DNA of 64,000 nucleotides from Macrostomum lignano. Its lineage: Eukaryota. The notes under the pieces are model-generated. The model was not told the origin of the DNA. It saw only the letters and a list, made by a program, of their open reading frames with translations, and did not search any database. The DNA lies in assembly GCA_002269645.1 (NCBI GenBank), contig NIVC01001733.1:1-64000 (forward strand), read 5' to 3'. A program made the translations under genes and the position numbers. Of the stretch, positions 1-11,700 are shown piece after piece; the stretch's first letter is position 1; each line of letters opens with the position of its first letter.

Positions 1-53
1 GCACTTCGAAGGTGCCAGGTCCAGAAGTCCTGGCATGTGACCTGTGACTTTAG

Positions 54-2870
54 AGGATCAACAGGAGACGGCTGAAGGACAACGTGCACCACATACTGCA
101 TTGACTGGGTCACTAACCAGGAAATTACAACCGCGATGCTGGAGCTACGAGAAGTGCAGAACTCGGAAGAAAATGTGTCAAGAACAAAGTGCGAAGCCGG
201 GGAAGAGGGAGGAGACGATGAAGACAAATATGCTGTCAAAGAAGGCAAGGGTATTTCCGCCAGAAAATCTAAGACCTTCCCTTGGTGGGTCAGGATTTTC
301 GCTTGGATAATAATCGTAGTTGGCACTACCGTGTCGGCCTTCTTCACCACCATGTATGGCATTCAGTTCGGCGATGAGACCTGCAAGAAATGGATATCTA
401 GCCTATTTGTGTCCTTCTTCTCGTCGGTGATGCTGTCCCAGCCGCTTAAGGTGGTTTTAATGGCAGTTTTCATGGCGCTGCTGTGTAAGAATAAGAAGGG
501 CAACGAGGAGGAGGACTTTCTGGCTGAAGAGGAGGAGATTCTGAGCGAGCTGGGAGAGAAGCTTGGTATGCGCAGCAGTGAGGAATGGCTGCACGAGCTC
601 AACTCAAACGAGGGTGACGAACAGGTGAGGAGAACCGGTGTGGAACCGCCAACCACTGAGCTGCTTCAGTCCGCAAGGGAGAAACGCTTGAAGGAGAAGA
701 AAATGTACGAAATAATTCGGGAGATTCTTTCTACGTGATTTTTTACATGCTGCTGCTGGCCGTCACATTCAGCTTCCGCGACCCTAACGCCTTCACGATG
801 AAGGAGCAGATGATGCGGCTGTTCATCCCTGCTGAAGACCTGTTGGGAACGGCAAATATTGACGGGATCAGCACTGAAGATCAATTCTGGACTTGGCTGA
901 AGCAGCAAATGATCCCAGCCTTGCGCGCAAGGCCTTGGTACAACGGTGACCCACCCCTCCTACAGCGCGGATTCACCGGTGACCGCGTCGGTCGGCTTGT
1001 TGGTACGCCATCTTGAGGCAGAAGCGGACCCAGCTGGACTCATGCACAGTGCAGCCCAGCATGCGCTTTCTCTACAAGCACTGCGTACATGGTTACAGCC
1101 TTGCCAACGAGGAGACGCGCTCTTTGGGCCCAAATGGGAGCCACTGAATGCCAGCTCTCTGGCAGCGAGCATTAACAGTAGTAAGACGGATTATGCCCAT
1201 GAGGCCTTTCTGTACTCGACTGGCGCAGACCTGAAGAGCCTGCCTTACATGGCCTTGATCAACACGTACTCTGCTGGAGGCTTACGTGTTTCAGATGCGA
1301 GGCTCTGAGAAGATCGTCCAGGCCAACATTGACACGCTGAGGAGCATGCGCTGGCTTGACAGGCAGACGAGAGCCGTTTTTGTTGAGTTTGCTTTCTATA
1401 ACCCCAATATCAATTTATTCGGTGTTGGAACAGTTTACTTTGAGTACCAAGGCACCGGCGGAATGTTTGGAACGTATCGATTCGACGCGGTAAACCTTCT
1501 GAGCTTCATTGGCTCCAGCTCCAAAGTGATGGATATTTTCTGTCAGGTCATGTTCTGCATCACATTGCTGGGTTTCATCATAAAGGAGTTGCGGAATTTG
1601 TACCGAATGAAGCGTGCTACTTTTATAACCTGTGGAACAACCTGGAGGTCTTCATCCTAGTTGGCAGTCTGTTCAGCATTGCTATCTACGCCTATATGCT
1701 GATCGAGACAACTAAACTCACTGGCGAGTTCGCCAAGTACGGAGGAAACGTCTATCTGAACTTTCAATACGTCACATTTCTAAATGAGTACCTGGTGTAC
1801 CTGACTGGTAGCATCATCTTCGCGTCCACTCTCAAGTTCAATCGTCTGCTCCGATTCAACCGGCGCGTCGGCATGCCTCGCGACGTGATCCGCTTCTCCG
1901 CCAGAGACATCCGCCAGTTCTTTTTGATGTTTTCAATCATGTTCTTGGCCTTCATCCAGTTTCCACCTCCTGTTTCTGGACCGCCTGTATGATATATCAT
2001 ACTTTCCTGTACTGCGCTGAGCAGCTGATGCAGATCGCACTGGGCAAGTTCCGGTTCTTGGACCTGTACGTCACGGAGCCTATCATTGGACCTCTCCTGT
2101 TTTGCTGCCTACACATTTTTTATTATTTTCATCCTCCTAAACATGTTTGTTGCAATACTCAACGAGGCATTCGCCCAGGTTAAGGAGGACGTGCAGAAGC
2201 AGCAGAACGAGCATGAGATTATTGACTTCATTGTCGAAAAGTGAGTCGCTCTATTCAGCGTTCTCAATATTAACTCAGTTTTCTGCTCATTAAGAAAACT
2301 ACGTATGATGCAAAATTCAATTTAGGGGTGACTCCAATGTGCAAGCACGATAGCCTCATTTTGATCAGCATGCTTGAAATTTAGTTTATATGTAGATCCC
2401 AGCCAACGCTATGCACCAATGAGGAAAAAGTCAGCTTAAATGTCAAATTTCAGATTCTATAGAAAATTAATCTAGCAAGCGTCAGTTGCCCTCAGTATCT
2501 CAATCCGCCCCGTCACTTCAGGGCGATCATGCTGCTACGCCTTAACAACACTCGTTTCGCCCAACGCTACTTTGGCTCGTCGCTGACGAGGCGGAGTACC
2601 GGCCGCACTCATTCGATGAGCAGTTGAATGTTATCCTGCCTGATCGCATCGACCACCTGCTGAAATACATCGAGAACACCTACTTCGATGACGTCAAGAA
2701 AGAGGTGAATCGGTTGCTAAAGGAGCAGGCAGCCAAGGAGGCCGGACCCGCCCGATATCTCAGGCTGGCGAGGGTGAAAAGTCGAGCAGGCAAAACCAGG
2801 CCGAGGATTATATCGTGCTGCCCGACACGAGGTTTCTGCTCGGCACGAAGGACCAGAACGGCTTTAACTG
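54..2870 (+). CDS. PKD1L2-like: Polycystin-1-like (PKD1L/LOV-1 type) gene, C-terminal TM + TOP + channel region; 5' end outside window; multiple frameshifts (assembly errors or pseudogene)
   Basis: Consecutive ORF pieces 136-738, 735-1016, 946-1308, 1286-1660, 1696-1992, 1989-2183 give PKD1-family motifs: FPWWVRIFAWII...YGIQFG...KW...QPLKV; RLKEKKMYEIIREIL; YSAGG; WLDRQTRAVFVEFAFYNPNINLF; TLKFNRLLRFNRRVG; LNEAFAQVK. GT-AG intron 2241-2521. The last exon probably ends ...LLGTKDQNGFN* near 2870. AATAAA at 2985. Confidence 0.85.
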
Positions 2871-5244
2871 ATGATTCAATTTTAAGCAAACTGCAAACTT
2901 CTTCGTGAAGATAAAACCCTAATTAAAACAACAATTTTTTCTACGAGGATTGTTCCATAAGTACTTATACTTTTGCATGCTGACAATAAACTGTACATCC
3001 TATGATAACAAGTGGGTGACCTTTCGACATTTTAAAAAATGAAAAACCGCTCTCCAGCAAGATCAAACTTGCTACCATAGTATGTTTAGTTCATTTTCAA
3101 CATGAAAAATAATAAGTACTTGCGGAACATGCCTCATAATTGCCTGCCCTCTTTTGTTTGTAGTCCATCGACGTTGTTCCTTCTATCTTGTGATTTTGGT
3201 TCCATTTTCTCGTGCCCGTCTGAAAAAATTATAACTACGCCTTTTTGTTATATTTAAATGGCTAAGCTCGTACTCTTTGGAACAGTAGCTACATGATGCA
3301 GCCTTGAGTAGATTTATAGAAAAAAAATTAAACTCGCCTAAGTGTCAATCTAAATTAATTATAAAAGTGCACTCCTATCCACTTAGTGCCACATGTAAAC
3401 TGCACTCGTAGTAATCTGCTTTTAAATTCTGGATATATAATTCTGCAGTTCTGCAGGTTTTATTTGTAGTGTTTGTGTACCAATAATAGCAAAGTCTAAA
3501 CAGAAATAAAGAACATCTGCTTTCGTAATAGATGAAAAATATTTTTATTATATTTTTTCAAACATCCATTTCGTTAAATAATTTAGAAATATAAACTGAA
3601 TGTTCGTAATTATTCACAGCTATTTTCCGCTTAAAAAGCAGCGTTTGTTATGAATTTGTCTTTTTACTTTTACTGCCTGCCGGTACAATCACAGTGTATA
3701 AGTTGTAAGGTTTTGAATGTCACTTATAATATTTGGTGCGGACGGCACCCTGAATGATAGTCAGAGTCGCGCTGAATGTGAGCAAAAGTGCATCAAATGA
3801 AGCATTGCGCTCCTAAAAGGACAAAAGCGTTCACGTAGGCGTCTCAATCATTATTACCAAAAATCTGGAATCGGAGATTGATGCATTGATGGAGGGAACA
3901 AAGCAGACGCTCAAATCGGTTTCTTTTGTGATAATTTTATTGGTTTATATTGCAAATGCATAAAAATACAGCTTATGGGGTTTATTGCCACAAACAAACT
4001 AGTGGCAGTAGGGTCGCTGTGTACCAGCTTTGCAAATATTACTGTTGAGTTCAAGGTAAAGTAATCACAGGCCTCGAAAAACGTCTTACTTCAGTTGTTT
4101 TTGGCAATTAAAAAAGATAAAGTTGATAAAAGTTGCCTATTTACGCTGGCATTTTCTGATTACAAACCCTCCAAAGACAACTAAAAAACTAGCTACGATC
4201 GACGATCGTACTTTTTAAATCAAAATATTAATGCACTCGCAAACCGCCAAGACCGCTAAAATAACTCGACTTCTTGAATATTTATTACGCTCGTACAAGC
4301 TATGATACGAAGTTATACGTTGTCATTTGTTGCTGTTTCCATAGTGACATTGAAAATTTTCCAATGCGTAAAGATGCTATGAATATTTGCGACAAACAAT
4401 TATCTAAGAAAATAACTTTTTATCAGTTTTAAATGATATACCGACATTTTTACGGTTTAGCTTAAAAATAATTTGTTTAATTTTACAAAATAAGTTCACA
4501 CAAGAATGGCGCAAATTTAACGTTTGAGGAGCACTCACTTTATATTGCATCTTGCACTCTCAGCTTCGTATAGATAAAATAGGCCACTTTCCAATACACG
4601 CATATGTAAGATCGTTCGTTTACTCCTTTAAAAGGAAGACTAACTTTGACAGTAGAAATATCTAGAATTATGAGAATAGTATCTTGTGTGTTTTACTCGT
4701 ATAATTTAATAATGCATTTTTGCTGTTTTATTTCTTTAGGATTTTTTAACGCTTTTTATCTAATGTTTTCAACAGGCAAAAAAGTTGAGGTTTAAAAATA
4801 AAATACTAGTTATAGGGCTCAAAATTATTTTTAAAAACGAAATGAAAAAACACAATCTTTGTCTCTTGTAGTTTACTAAAGAAAATGTCTTAACTATCTC
4901 CAAAATATTTTATATGGCTAAAGCTATAAAGACCATGATTATTTTAGCTCGCATGTAAAATTAGTTTGAACAATTTTCAATCATGGCTATTAATTCTTTG
5001 AACCAAGTCAATAATGAATTCATATTTCTATTTACATAAAAATTACATCGATGCAATTCCTAATGATAACAATACTGTCATATGTATGAAAATAATATGA
5101 ATATTGTTTTATTTAGCTATTGTAAAGTAAATCAGAAATAATTCAGTTCTAATTCACGAGCTACTTTCGCTTTCATTAGCCATGCTCAGCTACGAAATCA
5201 ATTCCTCGACAAAGTGAAAAAGTCCAAATTTGCAACAGCCGACA

Positions 5245-5711
5245 ATGGCAGCCCAGAAAGAGCTGAGCGATCAACGCTCCGCCGAGTCCGTTCTGGTCAA
5301 AATTCACTTCCTAACCGACCAGGAGAAGGAAACCGTGGTCGAAGTGCTTCAGCGAAACGAGAAAATCCGGAAGCATGAAGCGGACAGGAAACGGTGAGTC
5401 GAGGTTGTTACGGTGATTGGTGCGCTGTTTGAAGACTTGAAACTCGATGCATGTAGGCTATGCTTGTTACAAAATTATGATTTCGTCTGCAGACGCCTGC
5501 AACAGGAGCTGGAGCGCTTGGAGTCCAGCTGCGCGGCTTCGCAGTCACCGTTGGCTGCCCTGACGCAGTCGTGTCCGCGCTGCGATGCCGCCCTCGCACT
5601 GCTGGTTCGGGCGCCTGCGACTGCTTCCTCTGCCGGCTGTCCGTCTGCAAGTCCTGCGCGCACCTCTTCCGGGACAGTCCTGTGCCTGTGCTCCGTCTGT
5701 TACCAAAAGCT
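5245..5711 (+). CDS. Slp exons 1-2: Rab-binding domain (SHD1) and FYVE-like zinc finger
   Basis: ATG 5245; donor GTGAGT 5394; acceptor CAG 5490-5492; donor GTGAGT 5712. The Cys pattern is reconstructed across two compensating frameshifts (ORFs 5413-5715 and 5571-5873). Confidence 0.85.
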
Positions 5712-8700
5712 GTGAGTCTATTCACGGCGCTAGGGACGTCGGGCTACGAGGTTGGGAGTATTGGGCTGCTGATTCTAGGACAAGAAGTTCAGGGTGTTCT
5801 CTTCTGGAGAAATAGTTTCTTATATTGTAAACTGTTGCTACCTGCTCGTTTCATTTTCTTCGAAAGTTTTTAATGTACTTTAACGGATTTTCTAGATCCT
5901 TTTTACTTTATAATTAATTCCTTTGACTTAGTCTCTCGGCTGACTCGGCACTGACGGCGTACGCATGGAGCATCTCGTCAAAGCTGTCAATGAGTGCCTA
6001 CAGCTACTCAATTAAAAAGCAGAAGCTGAAGGCGCAAATTTCTTGGATTTGATAATCCATCACGTGGGATTTAATTATTGTAAAAACTGCTGGCTCGAAG
6101 CTATTCCACTTTTCTTCCCATTACCTCCGTGCTGCAGGCTTTACGAAAGCAAAATTGGGAACTGGATGAACTTAAGAGCGTCATGATTGCGGCGGAGTCC
6201 TCGGTAGCAGCTGCTGCTGAAGACCGGACAGCGGACAGCGGCGACCTTCTGAGCGGCCTGATAATTAAACTGTCCGGTACGATTTTTTTTTTTTCATTTA
6301 AGACGCTCAAGTAAAAGGCCGCTGGTATTGAAGAGAAAGCAATACTAAAAAATGTGGAGCTGCTTTTGAATGCCAGTCGATCATCTCGCCTCATTGACCT
6401 TTAATAAGGAAATTGAGCTTCTTTTTCTTCTTTTATTTTCCAGGCACTTCGACCGGCGCAGACAAGGATGCGGCGGCAGGCGATGAGAGTTCGGTCTCCG
6501 TCGGCATGGCTGCCACCCCGCCAGCCCCCACCCCAGTTCGACAGTGGGAGCAGCCGGCGGCCACCTACCGGGTCTATCAGGTGTCGACTCGGCGCTTCGC
6601 TGACAGCCCACCGCCGCGACAGGTTGAAAAAGATGATGAAGAAGCGACTGGCGCTGCTGATGAGGCTGAGAGCGAAGCTGAGGAAGAGCAGGAGCTGTCC
6701 ATCGAAGAGAGAATGCGGCGACACTTAGAAGGCTCGCCCGGTGAGACTTCTTTTTTAGACAGCATTGACCATAGACTAGAACTCATCAAAACTTCTCTTT
6801 TATGCCAAAAACCAGCTACTCAGATGCTACTCAAGAGCTATACCAAATATTTTACTCGTTTTTGAGTGTCTATTGTGCACCGAATCACAGTGATTAGCAA
6901 GTCAGCTGTTTCGAACCTATTTACAGATATTGTGCAAAGACTCTGGGAGCACCAGGCCAAATGCGAGGCCAGTCTCACATCGTCAAACGATACTAAAAAC
7001 GGTGAGTAATAATTGGTTCTTGAGCTGAAAGCGGTGTCTAACAAAAAGTTACACATAGATGCGATCTAATTATGTAACTTTATTAACAGCTTTTTAACAA
7101 ACAAACTTTGAACTACTTAAACAAACTCACTACGAGTACATTTTAACCATCGCTCTTTGCAATCGCTTTTGCTTTCAAGTTTGCATAATTATATAGAGCG
7201 TGCGCCTCACCTTGCGTGTTAAGACGGGCTTTCCTGACACTGATCAGCAGGACTGATAAAGTTGTTGCTTAGTGAGCGCGCTTCGTTTAAACACGCGTTC
7301 CATCATCTTGATAAGGTACGTGTGGCTTGATCTCCAAAATTTTAAAAAGAGCTCCGTTGAACTACCAGTAACTAACTACCTGGAATTCCTATTGCGATCC
7401 ATTCCAGAATCAGCTGCGGTTGAAGAGGAGACCATCGTGTGCGTCACAAGTGAGAGGGCTCACTCAGAGATGCCCAAGAGAAACGAGAATTATTCATCTG
7501 ACGATGAGGTCGAGCTGGATCAGCAGGGTGGCGAGGTTATTCCAGCCGATGCGGACGATTTGACCCTTGTCGATGAACAGGCTGGACAGATTTCTCACCC
7601 GACTGACATGTCTGAAGCGACTGGTTCCCAGTTAGGAGAAGCTGGTGCGTTCTCTAGCGCTGATCAGAATCTCGAAACATCAGAATTAAGTTCCGAGTTG
7701 ACTTTAACCACAAGCGCTGAGCAGAGGCCAACCGTACCAGTTTGTGGCTCGATTCAACTTACGAACAAAGACTTTGATTCCACTGAATTCTTTTCTGACC
7801 AAGCCGAGTCGACCGAACCGTTTGACGCTGAAGCCGATAAAACATTTGCGGTGCGTGATCGTCAAAAGAATTTTGAGACATCAAGCGAAGAGCTGAATTT
7901 CACGGACGCTCCAGTCGAGGTCACCGTCGTGGGTGAACATCGGAAGACACAGATCACTAGTGGAAACTCCGATTATCTCTCGGACATGCTTAGCCAAAGC
8001 AAAAATACTGAGGATATTATTGTTGGCCCTGCTGACAGAGAGTCACTCGCAGCAGGCAAAGATCAGAAAAAAACTACAGTTGAAACTTCACAAGAGACTA
8101 TGGAAGGAGACTACGAGGTATCATTTCAACGTGAGTCATCGGTGACTCTTGTTCAAGACTCAGACGATCGAGCAGAAACAACAGAACAAGTTTCACAAAA
8201 TCTTGTTTCTTACGAGATCGAGCAGGTCTCTGGCTCGGAAGGTCAGCCAGCAGTGGAATTGCTCGTAGTTGACGAAAAGCAAAGTCTATATCCACTGACT
8301 TCAGCTCCTAATGTTGGTTCCACTCCAGGCACTGCTCACAGCATGTTTTTCGACTCTTTCAAAAAAGCAAATCCTCGGCAAGACGCCCAAGAGAACCAAA
8401 CTTTGCTATGCTTGGAGGGTGGCCCATCAAAGCAGCTCCCTGACGCTGAGATTCATGACAAAGTCGAAGAAGTTCGTGTTAGTCAGGAGCCCGTAATTGA
8501 GTTCAATCCGTCAGACTCTGCTGAGAACCTTGCAACACTGGAGCAATCAGATAAGTTTGAAGTTAAAGCTAACCGAAGCGAGCCGACGGAGAAAATTTTA
8601 GTCTCAAGACAGCAGACAAAGTCCTCTAAAACATTAGATCCACAAGACAGACCGCAGCCAGAAGCTATTGATTTTGATATTAAATTAGGTCTCTTGAAAC

Positions 8701-11700
8701 GTAGGCCAGCGGCTGTGGAGTCTCAAACGGAAGCAGAGCTGTGTGCCACCGAGCCCCCCGCTGAGGTAACAGTTGTGGATGCCAACCTGAGGACTCGAAT
8801 TCCTGAAATCAGTTTCAGAGAAGCCAGTGGAAACTCCGATGAACTTTCCAATGTGCTTAACCAATGCGAGAACTCCGAGGAAGTCGTTCGAGGACCTTCT
8901 AATAAACAGAATCTCGCCAAAAATAACAGAAATGGCGCTGGAGCAACTGATGCACTTGACAGCTCGCTGCAGGCCATACAAGGAGACTATGAGCGACCAG
9001 TTCATCGCTTTGCATCAGTTGCTCTTGCTGAAGACCAAGAGGAACGACCAGAGATACTCGACGAAATCTCACATCATCTTGTTCCATCCAGCGAAATCGA
9101 GCAGGTATCAGTTGCTGATTGGCGGCTAAAAATCGAAGATGGAGACCGCGATGACGAGTCGAGACTTGAACAACTGGCCTCGGCTCTGTCAGTAGACAAC
9201 TTCGCAGACACGTCGGTACATGGAAACTGTTGCGACTCTACAGAAAACCACTTGCACTGTTTGGAATGCCTGCTAGACTGTGGCGATCTTCCGAGGCAGC
9301 ATGCTAAAACTGAATATTCAAATGAAGTGCAAGAAGTTCTGGTCTGTCCAGAATCTGTTTCTGAGATCGAACCACCCGATACGGTAACTGGTGGTGAGCA
9401 GCCTGATTTAAGTGCCGAGCAGGATGTCACGTTTGAGAAAGTTCAGTTCAGAGATGAGCCAACAGAACCAAGTACTAGTGAGATGAGAACAGGATTTGTA
9501 ATAGAAGAGCCAACTGACGCCTTAGAAGACACGTCGGTACATGGAAACTGTTGCGACTCTAAAGAAAAAGCCAACCAAGAAGCACTTGAGGATGACCACT
9601 TGCACTGTTTGGAATGCCTGTTAGACTGTGGCGATCTTCCAATTAAGCATGCTAAAACTGAATATTCAAATGAAGTGCAAGAAGTTCTGGTCTGTCCAGA
9701 ATCTGTTTCTGAGATCGAAGTACCCGACACGATAACTGCTGGTAAGCAGCCTGATTTAAGTGCCGAGCAGGATGTCACGTTTGAGAAAGTTCAGTTCAGT
9801 GATGAGCCAACAGAACCAAGTACTAGTGAGGTGAGAACAGGATTCGTAATAGAAGAATCCAATGAACCACTTGACTCTGATGTGGACCTAAAGCTTTTAG
9901 GAGGCCATAGGAATGCTGAGACTCCTGGTGTAGATCAGGATATTGATGAGCCGCAAGTTGAGGTGACTGTTGTAGATGCTAGATTGAAGACGTTGATTCC
10001 TGATAGTGAGTTCCAAGCAGCTAGTGAAAACTCTGTCACGCTCACTGACATGCTCACTCAATGCGAAGACGCCACAGAAGTAGTTCATGGGCCTCGAGAT
10101 AGACAGACTCCGGTCAACGACAAGAAACTTGGTGGCATTGACGCACTGGACAGCTCGCTGCAGGCCATACAAGGAGACTATGAGCGACCAGTTCATCGCG
10201 ATGCATCAGTTGCTCTTGCTAAAGACCAAGAGGAACGACCAGAGATACTCGACGAAATCTCGCATCATCTTGTTCCATCCAACGAGATAGAGCAGGTATC
10301 AGTTGCTAAAGATGAGGGTCAGCTAAAAATCGAAGATGGAGACCGCGATGACGAGTCGAGACTTGAACAACTGGCCTCGGCTCTGTCAGTAGACAACTTC
10401 GCAGACACGTCGGTACATGGAAACTGTTGCAACTCTAAAGAAAAAGCCAACCAAGAAGCACTTGAAGATGACCACTTGCACTGTTTGGAATGCCTGTTAG
10501 ACTGTGGTGATCTTCGGAGTAAGCATGCTAAAATCGAAGATTCAAATGAAGTGCAAGAAGTTCTGGTCTGTCCAGAAACTGTTTCTGAGATCGAACCAGT
10601 TGGTAAGAAGCCTGATTTAAATGCTGAGCAGGATGTCACGTTTGAGAAAGTTCAGTTCAAAGATGAGCCAACGGAACCGAGTACTATTGAGATAAGAACA
10701 GGATTAGTACTAGAAGAGTCAACTGACGCCTTAGAAGACCCGTCGGTGCATGGAAACTTTTGCGATTCTACCGATACAGAAAAAGCCAATCAGGAAGCAC
10801 CTGATGATGAACACCTGCACTGTTTGGAATGCCTGTTAGACTGTGGCGATCTTCCGAGGCAGCATGCTAAAGCAGAAGAATCAAACGAAGTTCAGGAAGT
10901 TCTGGTCTGTCCAGAAACTGTTTCTGAGATCGAACTAGCTGGTGAGCAGCCTGATTTAAGTGCTGAGCAGGATGTCACGTTTGAGAAAGTTCAGTTCAGA
11001 GATAAGCCAACGGAACCGAGTACTAGTGAGGTGAAAACAGAATCCGTTATAGAAGAGACAACTGACACCTTTGCAGACACGTCGGTACATGGAAACTTTT
11101 ACGATTCTAACGGCACAGAAAAAGCCAATCAAGAAGCACCTGATGATGAACACCTGCACTGTTTGGAATGCCTGTTAGACTGTGGCGATCTTCCGAGGCA
11201 GCATGCTAAAGCAGAAGAATCAAACGAAGTTCAGGAAGTTCTGGTCTGTCCAGAATCTGTTTCTGAGATCGAACTAGCTGGTGAGCAGCCTGATTTTAGT
11301 GCTGAGCAGGATGTCACGTTTGAGAAAGTTCAGTTCAGAGATAAGCCAACGGAACCGAGTACTAGTGAGGTGAGAACAGAATCCGTTATAGAAGAGACAA
11401 CTGACACCTTTGCAGACACGTCGGTACATGGAAACTTTTACGATTCTAACGGCACAGAAAAAGCCAATCAAGAAGCACCTGATGATGAACACCTGCACAG
11501 TTTGGAATGCCTGTTAGACTGTGGCGATCTTCCGAGGCAGCATGCTAAAGCAGAAGAATCAAACGAAGTTCAGGAAGTTCTGGTCTGTCCAGAATCTGTT
11601 TCTGAGATCGAACTAGCTGGTGAGCAGCCTGATTTTAGTGCTGAGCAGGATGTCACGTTTGAGAAAGTTCAGTTCAGAGATAAGCCAACGGAACCGAGTA

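Noticed and set aside
7272-7407. 5' extension of the 2089-aa ORF
   Set aside because: GTG start inside intron 5; the acceptor at 7407 gives the phase-correct exon start.
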